From positions 1-53,870 of the forward strand of contig JANXEV010000004.1 in assembly GCA_025057985.1 (NCBI GenBank): DNA of 53,870 nucleotides, in the 5' to 3' direction. A program made the position numbers and the translations under genes. Every line of letters starts with the position of its first letter. The stretch's first letter is position 1. Origin of the DNA: Candidatus Aenigmatarchaeota archaeon. Lineage in GTDB: Archaea; Aenigmatarchaeota; Aenigmatarchaeia; CG10238-14; SpSt-28. A model generated the notes under the pieces. That model was not told the DNA's origin. It saw only the letters and a program-made list of their open reading frames with translations, and did no database searches. Positions 40,444-49,896 of the stretch are shown one piece after another.

Positions 40444-43400
40444 TCAAAATCCTCCTCGCTATTTCCCTAACGTTTATACCTTCCCTAACTATTTTTGATG
40501 TGTCTAGCCCGTCCTCACCAGGTATAAACTGTATAACTCTATTCATTGCATCTCTTATCGTCCCATCGTAAGCTACTTTCAAATCCTGTAAAGCGCCAAC
40601 CAATCTCCTCTCCATGTAACCAGAATGCCTAGTTTTTAAACTTTTATCCATCAAACTCTCTCTAGAATTCATGTTATCGAAAAAGAATTCGAAAACGTTT
40701 AAACCATCTTTATAGCCTCTACCAACAAAACCTTTAGAAGCTAAACTTTTGTCATCCATCTTAAAATGAGGAAATGTCCTTCTGTAGTAACCTCTTTCAA
40801 TTCTCCTACCCATAACCATCTCTTGTCCGATGAGAGCGCCTATTTGTAATAAATTAACCATTCCTCCTCTAGCACCACACTTTATCATGTCTAAAACTTG
40901 GGATGGTTTGATTGCTTTCTCAAAAACAGCGGTAACCTCATTAACACATTTAGCTATTCTTTCCTTTATAACGTTTTCTAAAAATTCTTCTCCTGCTCTT
41001 CCTATTAAAATCGTCAACTCTCCTTTTTTATACTTCTCGATGAGTTCATTAACATCCTTCTCAGCTTTAAGGATTATTTTCTTGATTTCTTCTTTGTATG
41101 AAACATCTATATCCAACTCATCGATTCCAAAAGTCAAGCCAAACATATCCAAATAGTTTATTCCTAAAATCCCTACCTTGTATATAAACTCCTTAGCAAA
41201 ACTTTTACCGTAATCTTTTTCTATCTTGTTTATTATTTTTCCTCCATCTGCACTTATTCCATTTTTATCCAAAGTACCTTCTACCAACTGACCGTTTACT
41301 ATCTTTACGGAACCTATTTTTCCTTTGTATTCGATCGAAAAGTCTTTGGGTAGCAAAAGGCTGAAAACTTCTTTACCAGTAAAAACTTCTTTATCAGGTA
41401 TTTCCACATTTAAATCAACACTTCTTATAAGTTTAACCACATCTTCTCTTTTCAACCTAGTATCATCTTTCGTCAACATATAAAGCCCGGTAATTTCATC
41501 TCTTATTGGACCGATAATGGGAGATGAATACCTTGGACTTCTTATGTTCTTTTCTACAGCCGCTAAAAATTCTATCTCAGCCCTAGCTTCTGCTGTTTGT
41601 ACAGTATGTAAATTCATCTCATCTCCGTCAAAATCGGCGTTATAAGGCGTACAAACGGCAACGTTAAGTCTAAAAGTTTGATGAGGCATCACTTTAACTC
41701 TATGAGCCATCATACTCATTCTGTGCAAACTTGGTTGTCTGTTGAAAATCGCTATATCTCCGTCTATCAAATGTCTTTCGACAATGTAACCAACTTCCAA
41801 TTCTTTTGCAACTTCCTCTTTGTTACTCTCCAAAATTTTCTTTCTTCTTCCATCCAACTTTATAATATAATTAGCTCCTGGCCAGACATCTGGCCCATTT
41901 AACACATATCTTCTTAACTCCTCTATGTTTTTTTCAGTAACTCTAACTGGTATTGTTAGTTCTTTTGCAACGACCAAAGGTACTCCAACTTCATCTACTC
42001 CAATTCTAGGATCTGGCGAAATTACAGTTCTGGCGGAAAAATTAACTCTTTTACCTAGAAGATTTCCTCTAAACCTACCTTCTTTCGTTTTTAATCTTTG
42101 GGTAAGTGCTTTTAAAACCCTACCAGACCTATGTCTAGCCGGTGGTATTCCAGTCAATTCGTTATCGATATATGTCGCTACATGATATTGCAATAACTCC
42201 CAAAGGTCGTTCAACAAAAACTCTGGAGCACCGAGCTCAATGTTTTCTCTAAATCTATCATTTATTCTTACTATTTCAACTAACTTGTGGGTTAAGTCGT
42301 CTTCGCTTCTCTCTCCTGTCTCTAAAGTTATGGATGGTCTAACAGTTACAGGTGGTATTGGTAGAACTGTTATTATCAACCACTCAGGTCTAATTTTTAT
42401 TCCCAGTATCTTCAAATCGTCCTCAATCATTTTTTCTAATCTCTCTCTGATTTCTATAGAATTCAAGGTCTTACTACCTTCAACAAAAGTATATGGTTTA
42501 ACAAACTTAATTTCTTTCTGTTCGGTCTTGCAGTGCGGACATTTTTTGGTGATTATTTTCGATATTTCTCCCCAAGAAACTTTATTCTTCTTTAATTCTT
42601 CCAATTTTTCCTTCTCTATAAGTATCCTACTACACTTTCTACACGTAATCTGCAAAAGGAAGTGTATAAATTTAGAGTAGTGGGGATGGATAACAGGTTT
42701 TATCAACTCCAAATATCCAAAATGTCCTGTACATTCACCTATGTTACCACCACAAACTCTACACCTTATTCCAGGTTCTATCGTACCCAATCTTGGATCC
42801 ATTATTCCACCTTCAATCGGATAACCCTCTTCATCATAAATGTCTATTTTTGTTATTTTCGCGAAAGACATCTTTCTTATAGTTTCTGGATCCAATATGC
42901 TAAACTCTATTTTATTAACCTTTCCCTCTTCGTCTACTCTAATCTTCGGATAAATTAGCATGCTTTTCAATTCGTCTAGCATCAACTTAAAAGCATAACT
43001 CATTTCAACGCTAGCTATATCTGCCTTATCACCATCTATAGGACAGAAATATCTGTTTTTAACTCTATCATGCACTGCCACCATCCCACATTCCTTACAA
43101 ATAGGTAAAACTATCTTATCAGAATCGAACCTTTCTTTAAGAGTTAAAACTGCTCCGTGAGCTAACAAACAATCCTTTTCCATTTCACCCAATCTCAAAC
43201 CACCTTCTTTACTTCTCCCTTCAGTAGGTTGTCTTGTTAGCAATGTTACAGGACCTCTAGCCCTTACTTGTATTTTGTTTGATACAAGATGATCCAATCT
43301 CATGTAGTATGCACAACCAACGAAAATTTCGACTGTGAATTTTCTACCAGTTCTACCATCATACATAACTTCCTTACCTGATTCCCTAAAACCTAACTTC

Positions 43401-44722
43401 TTCAAAACTGCCTTAAGTTCATCTTCTTTAGTTGGATTAAAAGCTGGTGCGTCTATAATTCTTCCGGAAAGTGATGCAACTTTTCCGGCCAAAATTTCTA
43501 AAAGTTGGCCCACAGTCATTCTACTAGGTAAACCATGTGGATTAAAAATTATGTCAGGAATTATGCCACTTTCTGTAAAAGGCATGTCCTCAGGTGAAGC
43601 TAATATACCCATAACTCCTTTTTGTCCATGCCTCGATGCAAACTTATCTCCAACTTCAGGCTTCTTCAAATCTCTCACAACAACTTTTACTAATTTCGTA
43701 CCGTCTGTTGTTTGAGTAATATAAACTCGATCCACTATACCTTTGTCTCCATGTCTTAATCTAACCGAAGACTCTCTAAGATTCTCTCCGCTCAGAAATA
43801 TTTTTTCCATTTTCCCCAAGAATCTCAATGGAGAAACTCGTCCTATCAAAACCTGATCCGAATTTACATTCGTCTCAGGATTTATTATACCATCCTCTGG
43901 TAAATGTTTGTATTCATCCTCACCAGCATAACCTCTTACTCCTGGCTGCGGAACTCCTATAACATCCTGTTGACCGCCCATATAAATTTTTTCTTCAGCC
44001 TCGTATGTTCTGTACATATAACTCCAAAACATACCTCTTTCGACAGAAGCCCTGTTTATAACAACTCCGTCTTCTATGTTGTATCCTTCAAACGTAGTCA
44101 CAGCTATGACGACATTAAATCCATGTGGATACTCGTCAGCTTTAGTTATTTTGTTTATGTAAGTTTGGACTAGAGGTTTTTGTGGATATAAAAGAATGTT
44201 CAATTTACTATCAACTCGGTTCAAAAAGTTTTGCACAGGTATTCCTATCGCTTGGTCATTCATCTTAGAACCATAATTGACTCTATCTCCTCGATTAAAC
44301 TCTGGATATGGTACAAAAGATGCGGAAAATCCAAAAATAACAGCAGGGTCTATTTCCAAATGTGTGTGTTCTTTTGTTAACTCCTCCGGCCTACTAGCTA
44401 TATAAGAATTTTCTTCTTCTTCTGCGTCTAAAAATTCTATTATACCGTTCTTGACTAGGTCTGAGAAAGTCAACTCACCCTTTCTAACTTTTTCTAAAAT
44501 TTCTTCTGTCAACTTTGGTTTGCCGTCTTCTACTACAATCAAAGGCCTTATTACCCTTCCAGGAGAAGTTAAAATTCTAACTTCATTCAAATGCTCATAA
44601 TAAGCAATATTAACCGTGTGTGGAATTTTGCCTTCCCTTCTCAACTTTCTAAATTCCTCTACAATTTTCTTAGGATCATTTGTTCTACCAAGATATTTTC
44701 CGTCCAAAAATATATCAGCCAT
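40433..44722 (-). CDS. rpoB1-rpoA1: Fused RNA polymerase subunits B' (Rpo2C) and A' (Rpo1N)
   Basis: GDKFASRHGQKG and GGLRLGEME (B') followed in frame by GHFGY, GKRVNFSAR, NADFDGDEMN (A'); start probably MADIF at 44722. Confidence 0.93.
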   Translation of the reverse strand: MADIFLDGKYLGRTNDPKKIVEEFRKLRREGKIPHTVNIAYYEHLNEVRILTSPGRVIRPLIVVEDGKPKLTEEILEKVRKGELTFSDLVKNGIIEFLDAEEEENSYIASRPEELTKEHTHLEIDPAVIFGFSASFVPYPEFNRGDRVNYGSKMNDQAIGIPVQNFLNRVDSKLNILLYPQKPLVQTYINKITKADEYPHGFNVVIAVTTFEGYNIEDGVVINRASVERGMFWSYMYRTYEAEEKIYMGGQQDVIGVPQPGVRGYAGEDEYKHLPEDGIINPETNVNSDQVLIGRVSPLRFLGKMEKIFLSGENLRESSVRLRHGDKGIVDRVYITQTTDGTKLVKVVVRDLKKPEVGDKFASRHGQKGVMGILASPEDMPFTESGIIPDIIFNPHGLPSRMTVGQLLEILAGKVASLSGRIIDAPAFNPTKEDELKAVLKKLGFRESGKEVMYDGRTGRKFTVEIFVGCAYYMRLDHLVSNKIQVRARGPVTLLTRQPTEGRSKEGGLRLGEMEKDCLLAHGAVLTLKERFDSDKIVLPICKECGMVAVHDRVKNRYFCPIDGDKADIASVEMSYAFKLMLDELKSMLIYPKIRVDEEGKVNKIEFSILDPETIRKMSFAKITKIDIYDEEGYPIEGGIMDPRLGTIEPGIRCRVCGGNIGECTGHFGYLELIKPVIHPHYSKFIHFLLQITCRKCSRILIEKEKLEELKKNKVSWGEISKIITKKCPHCKTEQKEIKFVKPYTFVEGSKTLNSIEIRERLEKMIEDDLKILGIKIRPEWLIITVLPIPPVTVRPSITLETGERSEDDLTHKLVEIVRINDRFRENIELGAPEFLLNDLWELLQYHVATYIDNELTGIPPARHRSGRVLKALTQRLKTKEGRFRGNLLGKRVNFSARTVISPDPRIGVDEVGVPLVVAKELTIPVRVTEKNIEELRRYVLNGPDVWPGANYIIKLDGRRKKILESNKEEVAKELEVGYIVERHLIDGDIAIFNRQPSLHRMSMMAHRVKVMPHQTFRLNVAVCTPYNADFDGDEMNLHTVQTAEARAEIEFLAAVEKNIRSPRYSSPIIGPIRDEITGLYMLTKDDTRLKREDVVKLIRSVDLNVEIPDKEVFTGKEVFSLLLPKDFSIEYKGKIGSVKIVNGQLVEGTLDKNGISADGGKIINKIEKDYGKSFAKEFIYKVGILGINYLDMFGLTFGIDELDIDVSYKEEIKKIILKAEKDVNELIEKYKKGELTILIGRAGEEFLENVIKERIAKCVNEVTAVFEKAIKPSQVLDMIKCGARGGMVNLLQIGALIGQEMVMGRRIERGYYRRTFPHFKMDDKSLASKGFVGRGYKDGLNVFEFFFDNMNSRESLMDKSLKTRHSGYMERRLVGALQDLKVAYDGTIRDAMNRVIQFIPGEDGLDTSKIVREGINVREIARRILNAS

Positions 44723-46217
44723 TCTCCTCACCTTTCATCAAATTCCTAATCACAGGTAATATACTCCTTTCTTCGACTCCAGTCGTAATAGACGCCGAAA
44801 TAGCCAGATACTTTCTTAAACCTATATTTGCACCTTCTGGGGTTTGGGTCGCACACAATTTACCAAAATGTGTTGGGTGTAATTCTCTCGCTTCGAAATG
44901 TTCTTGAGATGAAGACAAAGGAGAGACTACACTCCTCATGTGAGTGTTTGTTTTCGTCCAGCTACTTCTTTCCAATCTTTGAGTAACACCTGTTCTACCA
45001 CCAATCCAAGTACCGACAGCCATCGCAGAAATTATTTGATTGGTCAAAATTGTATTTTCTACAACAGACTGTAGGGGGGGTAGTTTTCCTCTTTTTGTCA
45101 ATTTTTGATAATTGTAATTCATTCTCACCACCAAACCCCATTTACCCAGTAAAATCGATCTCAATAGAAGTTCCAATAAATCACCGGACATCTTTATTCT
45201 TTTGTTAGCGTAGTGATCAACATCGTCTTCTTCTATTAAACCGAAATGAAGTTTTATCATTTTTTCTACGGTTTTTGCCAAAAAGAAAGCTTTAGTCAAT
45301 CTATTCTCCGGTTCTTGACCCAGATGTGGTAAAAGATACTTGTCTATCATTTTTATAGCCTGCTTCTTCCTAATCGATTTTTGTGGTATCCTCAAAAACT
45401 TACCCAATTCATCTATAGCTTCGTTTGAATCTTTAATCGGATATTCTAAGACATTAATCAAAAATGCTTCTTGAATTCTTTCATCAAGAGAAATCGCCTC
45501 TACTAAGTCCTTGTCTTTTTCCAACCCGAGAGCTTTCAATATTATCACAATAGGAATTCTTAAAACGTTAGCAAAAGTTATATAAATTTCTCCAGTCCTT
45601 TTTCTTTCTAAAAGATGTTTTTGAATGAATCCCTCTTTCTCAGAATGTATTCTCGCTTTCTCCGTTATAGATCCTTCATTACTCTTTTCTACGATTATCC
45701 TATCTGTCGCTATTTCTTCTATAAGCATCAATATTCTTTCTGTCCCACCTATTATGAAATAACCTCCTGGGTCGTTTGGGTCTTCCCCTGCCTCTATAAG
45801 TTCTCTTTCACTCATTTTCGAGAGAGGACAAAACTTAGATTTAACCATAACTGGTAAATCGCCGATTTCTATCATCAATGGTCTGCTTTCTATACCGTTT
45901 AAGACCTGAGTCATTTCAACATACATAGGCGCGGCGTACGTGAGATTTCTCATCCTTGCTTCCATGGGTAGAATATTCCTTATTGAACCGTCAAATTCCT
46001 TTACCCTTGGTTGACCTAACTCAAATTTTCCTAATTTTATCTCTAATTCTCCTATTTCAGGTATTTCTGGTCTTATTTTACCAATGCTTTTTATTATTTT
46101 CGGTATTCTTCTTTCAACAAAGTCGTTAAAAGATTCTATTTGGAAGTTTACCAAACCTTTTTCTTGAAGATAAGACCTCATCAAGATTGTGAATATTCTA
46201 TCCATTTTTCTATTCAC
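44715..46217 (-). CDS. rpoB2: RNA polymerase subunit B'' (Rpo2N)
   Basis: QIESFNDF, DPGGYFII, DHYANKR, TPEGANIGL. Confidence 0.96.
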   Translation of the reverse strand: MNRKMDRIFTILMRSYLQEKGLVNFQIESFNDFVERRIPKIIKSIGKIRPEIPEIGELEIKLGKFELGQPRVKEFDGSIRNILPMEARMRNLTYAAPMYVEMTQVLNGIESRPLMIEIGDLPVMVKSKFCPLSKMSERELIEAGEDPNDPGGYFIIGGTERILMLIEEIATDRIIVEKSNEGSITEKARIHSEKEGFIQKHLLERKRTGEIYITFANVLRIPIVIILKALGLEKDKDLVEAISLDERIQEAFLINVLEYPIKDSNEAIDELGKFLRIPQKSIRKKQAIKMIDKYLLPHLGQEPENRLTKAFFLAKTVEKMIKLHFGLIEEDDVDHYANKRIKMSGDLLELLLRSILLGKWGLVVRMNYNYQKLTKRGKLPPLQSVVENTILTNQIISAMAVGTWIGGRTGVTQRLERSSWTKTNTHMRSVVSPLSSSQEHFEARELHPTHFGKLCATQTPEGANIGLRKYLAISASITTGVEERSILPVIRNLMKGEENG

Positions 46218-46452
46218 CCTTTTCTATAACAATTCTATAGTAGATAGTTTCACCTGCGGTTTCACTCTTTCTAGTAATTTTAATCACATCACCTGGTTTG
46301 GCGTTCAAAATCTTTACCTGCGGATCGGTACTATAAATTCTAGGTAGGTTTTTTAACGAGCCGTATTTTTCTACTATCTCTTTTTTCTCCTCCTCAGTAA
46401 CTATCTCGTGTTTAGGCACCAATTCATGTTTAGAAACATCAATTTTCTTCAC
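46210..46452 (-). CDS. rpoH: RNA polymerase subunit H (Rpo5)
   Basis: HELVPKHE, LPRI..TDP, RKSETAG; GTG start with GGTGAGGT. Confidence 0.96.
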   Translation of the reverse strand: MKKIDVSKHELVPKHEIVTEEEKKEIVEKYGSLKNLPRIYSTDPQVKILNAKPGDVIKITRKSETAGETIYYRIVIEKGE

Positions 46453-46523
46453 TACCTCACCTTTTTAGGCCCATAGATTATATATACCGATTGAAATTAT
46501 TAATTTTTGAGAGTTTAAAAATC

Positions 46524-47549
46524 TTACAAGTTATACTTATAAAGGGTTGAATCTTCAGGCTTGACTATCCATCTATCCATATATCTTTTTTCGTTTTGCA
46601 GCACAACAACTCTACCATCTTTATCTTCATCCATATACTTAAAGTTAGGTAAAAATTCGGAAAATTTATTCACCCAGTTCTTTATCTCATCAATTGTTAA
46701 CATATGTTTCTCTGTCAACCTACTCTTAGAATAGCCTACATGCATATAAGACTTCACTTCTACAAAATTAGGATTTCCTTTCTCCACTAACTTTACAAAC
46801 TCTTTTATTTCATCCTCACTATCGTTTATACCTTTTATCAATGTTATTCTTATCACGGTTCTAGATTTTGTTTTAGACAAAAACTCTAAACTTTTGTCAA
46901 AATTTTCCCAAAAATTTTTCTTAGTCGGTAAGTTCACCCTCATAAAAGTCTCTATTCTACCAGCGTTCATCGATAAGTAAATTTGTGTCGGTAGTGCATT
47001 CTCTTCTTCCAGTCTCATCAACATTTCTGGCTCCTGACCGTTAGTCACCAAAAAAACGGACTTCGTTTGTTTTAGACTCTTTATATATTTAATCATTTCA
47101 GGAAGCTTGGGATAAAGGGTAGGCTCACCTATCAATGATATTGCAAAATGGGTCGGTGTTTTTGCTTCCTCATACAATTCTTTTATAGTTTTCTCATTCC
47201 CACCAAAACCGGTTAATAATTGATTTCTTAAATTTATCAAATTTTCAACAATCTCTTTCGGATCATCCACTACATCTTCACTCATCTTTAAATTTTCGAA
47301 AAAATTTATTGGTCTCCAACAGTGAATACATCTGTTAGTACAAAATAGACCGGACGGAGAAAATTCCATACATCTATGAGTTTCTATTCCGAAAAACTTT
47401 CTCTTGTAACAGACCTTTTCTCCTTTTATAGATTTTTTAGTATAGTGGCAAACATCTACTACGGAATGTCCAAAAACTCTGTACTGGGCAGATTTCAACG
47501 CATTCTCAAGATTTATATCCAATCTCAAATTTTTCTTCTGTTCCCTCAT
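46524..47549 (-). CDS. taw1: 4-demethylwyosine synthase (Taw1/TYW1), radical SAM
   Basis: HSVVDVCHYT, CYK, CTNRCIHCWR, AISLIGEPTLY, EVKSYM; start probably MREQ at 47549. Confidence 0.92.
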   Translation of the reverse strand: MREQKKNLRLDINLENALKSAQYRVFGHSVVDVCHYTKKSIKGEKVCYKRKFFGIETHRCMEFSPSGLFCTNRCIHCWRPINFFENLKMSEDVVDDPKEIVENLINLRNQLLTGFGGNEKTIKELYEEAKTPTHFAISLIGEPTLYPKLPEMIKYIKSLKQTKSVFLVTNGQEPEMLMRLEEENALPTQIYLSMNAGRIETFMRVNLPTKKNFWENFDKSLEFLSKTKSRTVIRITLIKGINDSEDEIKEFVKLVEKGNPNFVEVKSYMHVGYSKSRLTEKHMLTIDEIKNWVNKFSEFLPNFKYMDEDKDGRVVVLQNEKRYMDRWIVKPEDSTLYKYNL

Positions 47550-47584
47550 TAAGCTATTAATGCAAAAAATCATAAAAAGAAAAT

Positions 47585-47860
47585 ATGACAGAAGTTATCA
47601 AGGTTGTTGTATACGGTAAAGTTCAAAAAATAGGGTACAGATATTTTGTGCAGAGATACGCGAAAATACTTGGGTTAAAAGGTTATGTAAGAAATTTGCC
47701 AGACAATAAAGTGGAAGCCGTTTTTGTCGGAGAAAAAGAAGATATAGAAAAAATGCTAGAAATAATGAGAAAATCACATCCTTTAGCAAGAGTTGAAAAA
47801 ATGGAAACAGAAAGATTGAACACTGAAGTTAATTTCCAAGATTTCGAAATCATTTTTTAA
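47585..47860 (+). CDS. acyP: Acylphosphatase
   Basis: GKVQKIGYR, GYVRNLPD. Confidence 0.9.
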   Translation: MTEVIKVVVYGKVQKIGYRYFVQRYAKILGLKGYVRNLPDNKVEAVFVGEKEDIEKMLEIMRKSHPLARVEKMETERLNTEVNFQDFEIIF

Positions 47861-47885
47861 TCAATTTTATAAAAATTTATTAAGT

Positions 47886-47976
47886 GCTCCCCTCGTCTAG
47901 TCCGGTCAAGGACACGGCCCTCTCGAGGCCGGAACGCGGGTTCAAATGAAATATTCTGGAAATCCCGCGGGGAGCA
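47886..47976 (+). tRNA. tRNA-Glu(CTC) with a 16-nt T-loop intron at 59/60 (47947-47962)
   Basis: GCTCCCC/GGGGAGC acceptor; CGGCC-CT-CTC-GA-GGCCG; BHB with TTCA/TGGA helix, two AAT bulges and GAA/TTC inner stem. Confidence 0.93.
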
Positions 47977-48017
47977 CTTTTTTCTTTATTAAATATCGAG
48001 TAAATCTAAATATTAGC

Positions 48018-48148
48018 GCGGGGGTCGCCTAGCCTGGTCGATGGCGGCAGATAAAATATAGCTGAAGCTCAGAATTAGCCGAGGCTTAGGTGCTAAGAAG
48101 AAACCTGCTGGGTTAGTCCCTTCGTGGGTTCAAATCCCACCCCCCGCA
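48018..48148 (+). tRNA. tRNA-Leu with introns at 30/31 and 37/38; anticodon CAG or TAG depending on splicing path
   Basis: GCGGGGG/CCCCCGC acceptor, A73, long variable arm, GTGGG-TTCAAAT-CCCAC; candidate exons GCTCAGA (48067-48073) and GCTTAGG (48084-48090). Confidence 0.9.
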
Positions 48149-48210
48149 TTTTTTCTAAACTTTTCAAAAAAGAACGAAATTAAAAAAGAAAGAAAGGGGG
48201 GGATCTGAGT

Positions 48211-48498
48211 TTATTTTTCGATGAAAGACTCGTAGACTACAAAGAGCGTCCCGACCAAAGCAAAAAGCCAGCCAACTACTTCAAAAAGCTGACCTAGGCT
48301 GGACCAAACTCCTACTCCTACATAGCTTGCGAGTGTCGTTGCAATTGGAAATGTCCCTGCAAATAGGAAGAATATTCCAGCTATTATTAACCAATTGAAT
48401 CCCTTTCTGGCTGTGTTCCTGAATTTCAGATATTCTGCAAAAACTGCTGCGAGTAGAAACGCTATTCCTAAGTCTATTAAACCACCGAACACTACCAT
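48211..48498 (-). CDS. Small multi-TM membrane protein
   Basis: 95 aa, mostly hydrophobic, upstream GGTGA. Confidence 0.75.
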   Translation of the reverse strand: MVVFGGLIDLGIAFLLAAVFAEYLKFRNTARKGFNWLIIAGIFFLFAGTFPIATTLASYVGVGVWSSLGQLFEVVGWLFALVGTLFVVYESFIEK

Positions 48499-48605
48499 TT
48501 TCTCACCAATTAAAATTTATCTAAATGTATTTATAAACCCAAACCAAAACAAAGACCGTTACAAAAAAATAACAAAAGTGGGAAAGAAAAAACTAGAGTT
48601 GATTC

Positions 48606-48704
48606 TTACTCTTCCTCTTCTTCTTCGTAGTCTTCGTCTTCCCAGTCCTCGTCTTCCCAGTCTTCTTCTGCCATTTCTTCGTCTTCCCAGTCTTCTTCTG
48701 CCAT
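48606..48704 (-). CDS. 32-aa highly acidic peptide MAEEDWEDEEMAEEDWEDEDWEDEDYEEEEEE
   Basis: Below the ORF-track cutoff; AGGTGA 4 nt before ATG, TTTAAATA at 48742-48735, downstream T-tracts. Confidence 0.65.
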   Translation of the reverse strand: MAEEDWEDEEMAEEDWEDEDWEDEDYEEEEEE

Positions 48705-48710
48705 TTCTTC
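48649..48710. repeat. Perfect 30-nt tandem duplication in the acidic peptide ORF
   Basis: tcgtcttcccagtcttcttctgccatttct at 48649 and 48679. Confidence 0.9.
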
Positions 48711-48772
48711 ACCTAATCTATAGTGAAATTAAGGTATTTAAATTTTTTATGTTACGTTGGAAACTTATAATT

Positions 48773-49046
48773 GCGGGGGCTAGGTCTGGGGGGCTCGGCC
48801 TCCCCTACATCGGCAAATGGTCGACATGGCCGAACCGAAAGCTTCGGGACGGTGTGTCATGCATAGTCACTCCGATTGTTCAACAATGATGCAACGTTCC
48901 CACGGGTACGGTTGCCTACGAATCCCCCAGGACCGGAAGGTAGCAAGGGTAAGTAGTCAACCGTGTGCTGTGGGAGTCACGTTGCTTAGAAGGACAATCG
49001 GGTAAAGTGACTATGTATGACATATCAACTCGAAGCGTGCCCCCGC
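48773..49046 (+). ncRNA. ffs: Archaeal SRP RNA (7S)
   Basis: Terminal helix GCGGGGGC/GCCCCCGC; Alu-like 5' GGCTAGG...GGGGGCTCGGCCTCCCC; helix 8 CCAGGACC-GGAA-GGTAGCA. Confidence 0.93.
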
Positions 49047-49097
49047 GATTTCTATTCCAATTTTTCAAAATTTAAATTACTTCGATAAATTTACTAA

Positions 49098-49874
49098 ATG
49101 GCGAAGTTAAAGGAAAGATCTACCAGGAACAGAAAGATAATAATCTTGGGGGCCATAATTATTATTGCAATGATATTTCTTACTCAATATTACTTTAAAT
49201 TCTTAGAAAAGGTTTCTACAAACCATTTATCGAATCTACCAAAAAAAGAACTAAATTATACTAGCATGGTCAGCCTACATATACCGGCTGTAGATTCTTA
49301 TGGTAACGGTGTTTCTACTTTACTAAAAGTTTACATGTTACCGGGAGAAGGCAAAACTTTAGTCGATATTAACCAACTTCTTTTTTGGATAGACACACAA
49401 CAATCTATACAAACAGCTAAGAAAGTAGCACAAGAAGTCACAGGAGTTGACTTATCAAAATTTGATCTAGTATATTCGATTGAAGAAATTAACGCCAGTA
49501 TAATAGAGGGACCATCAGCTGGGGCAGCGATAACCATAGCTACCATCGCTGCGATAAAAGGAAAAGATTTGAGAAATGACGTTATGATAACCGGGACGAT
49601 AAATCCGGACGGGAGTATAGGTCAAGTTGGTGGAATTTTGGCTAAAGCTCAAGCAGCAAAAGAATCCGGGGCTTCTATTCTTCTAGTTCCGAAAGGACAA
49701 GGCACGCAAGTAACTTACATACCAAAAGAAGTTTGCGAGAAAATAGGCCAATTCACATTTTGTAAGATAACTTATCATAAAGAGATTGTAAACGTTGGGA
49801 GGTCTGTAGGAATAAACCTAATCGAAGTTTCTCATATAAAAGAAGCTATGGAATATTTCGGACTGAAAGACTAA
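49098..49874 (+). CDS. Membrane-anchored Lon-like (S16) protease domain protein
   Basis: IEGPSAG, TGTINPDGSIGQVGGILAK (Ser-Lys dyad); no AAA domain. Confidence 0.88.
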   Translation: MAKLKERSTRNRKIIILGAIIIIAMIFLTQYYFKFLEKVSTNHLSNLPKKELNYTSMVSLHIPAVDSYGNGVSTLLKVYMLPGEGKTLVDINQLLFWIDTQQSIQTAKKVAQEVTGVDLSKFDLVYSIEEINASIIEGPSAGAAITIATIAAIKGKDLRNDVMITGTINPDGSIGQVGGILAKAQAAKESGASILLVPKGQGTQVTYIPKEVCEKIGQFTFCKITYHKEIVNVGRSVGINLIEVSHIKEAMEYFGLKD

Positions 49875-49896
49875 TATTAGTAAAACAAAAAATATT

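Noticed and set aside
48395-49005. Plus-strand ORFs 48395-48889 and 48817-49005
   Set aside because: Antisense shadow of the acidic-peptide repeat and overlap with SRP RNA
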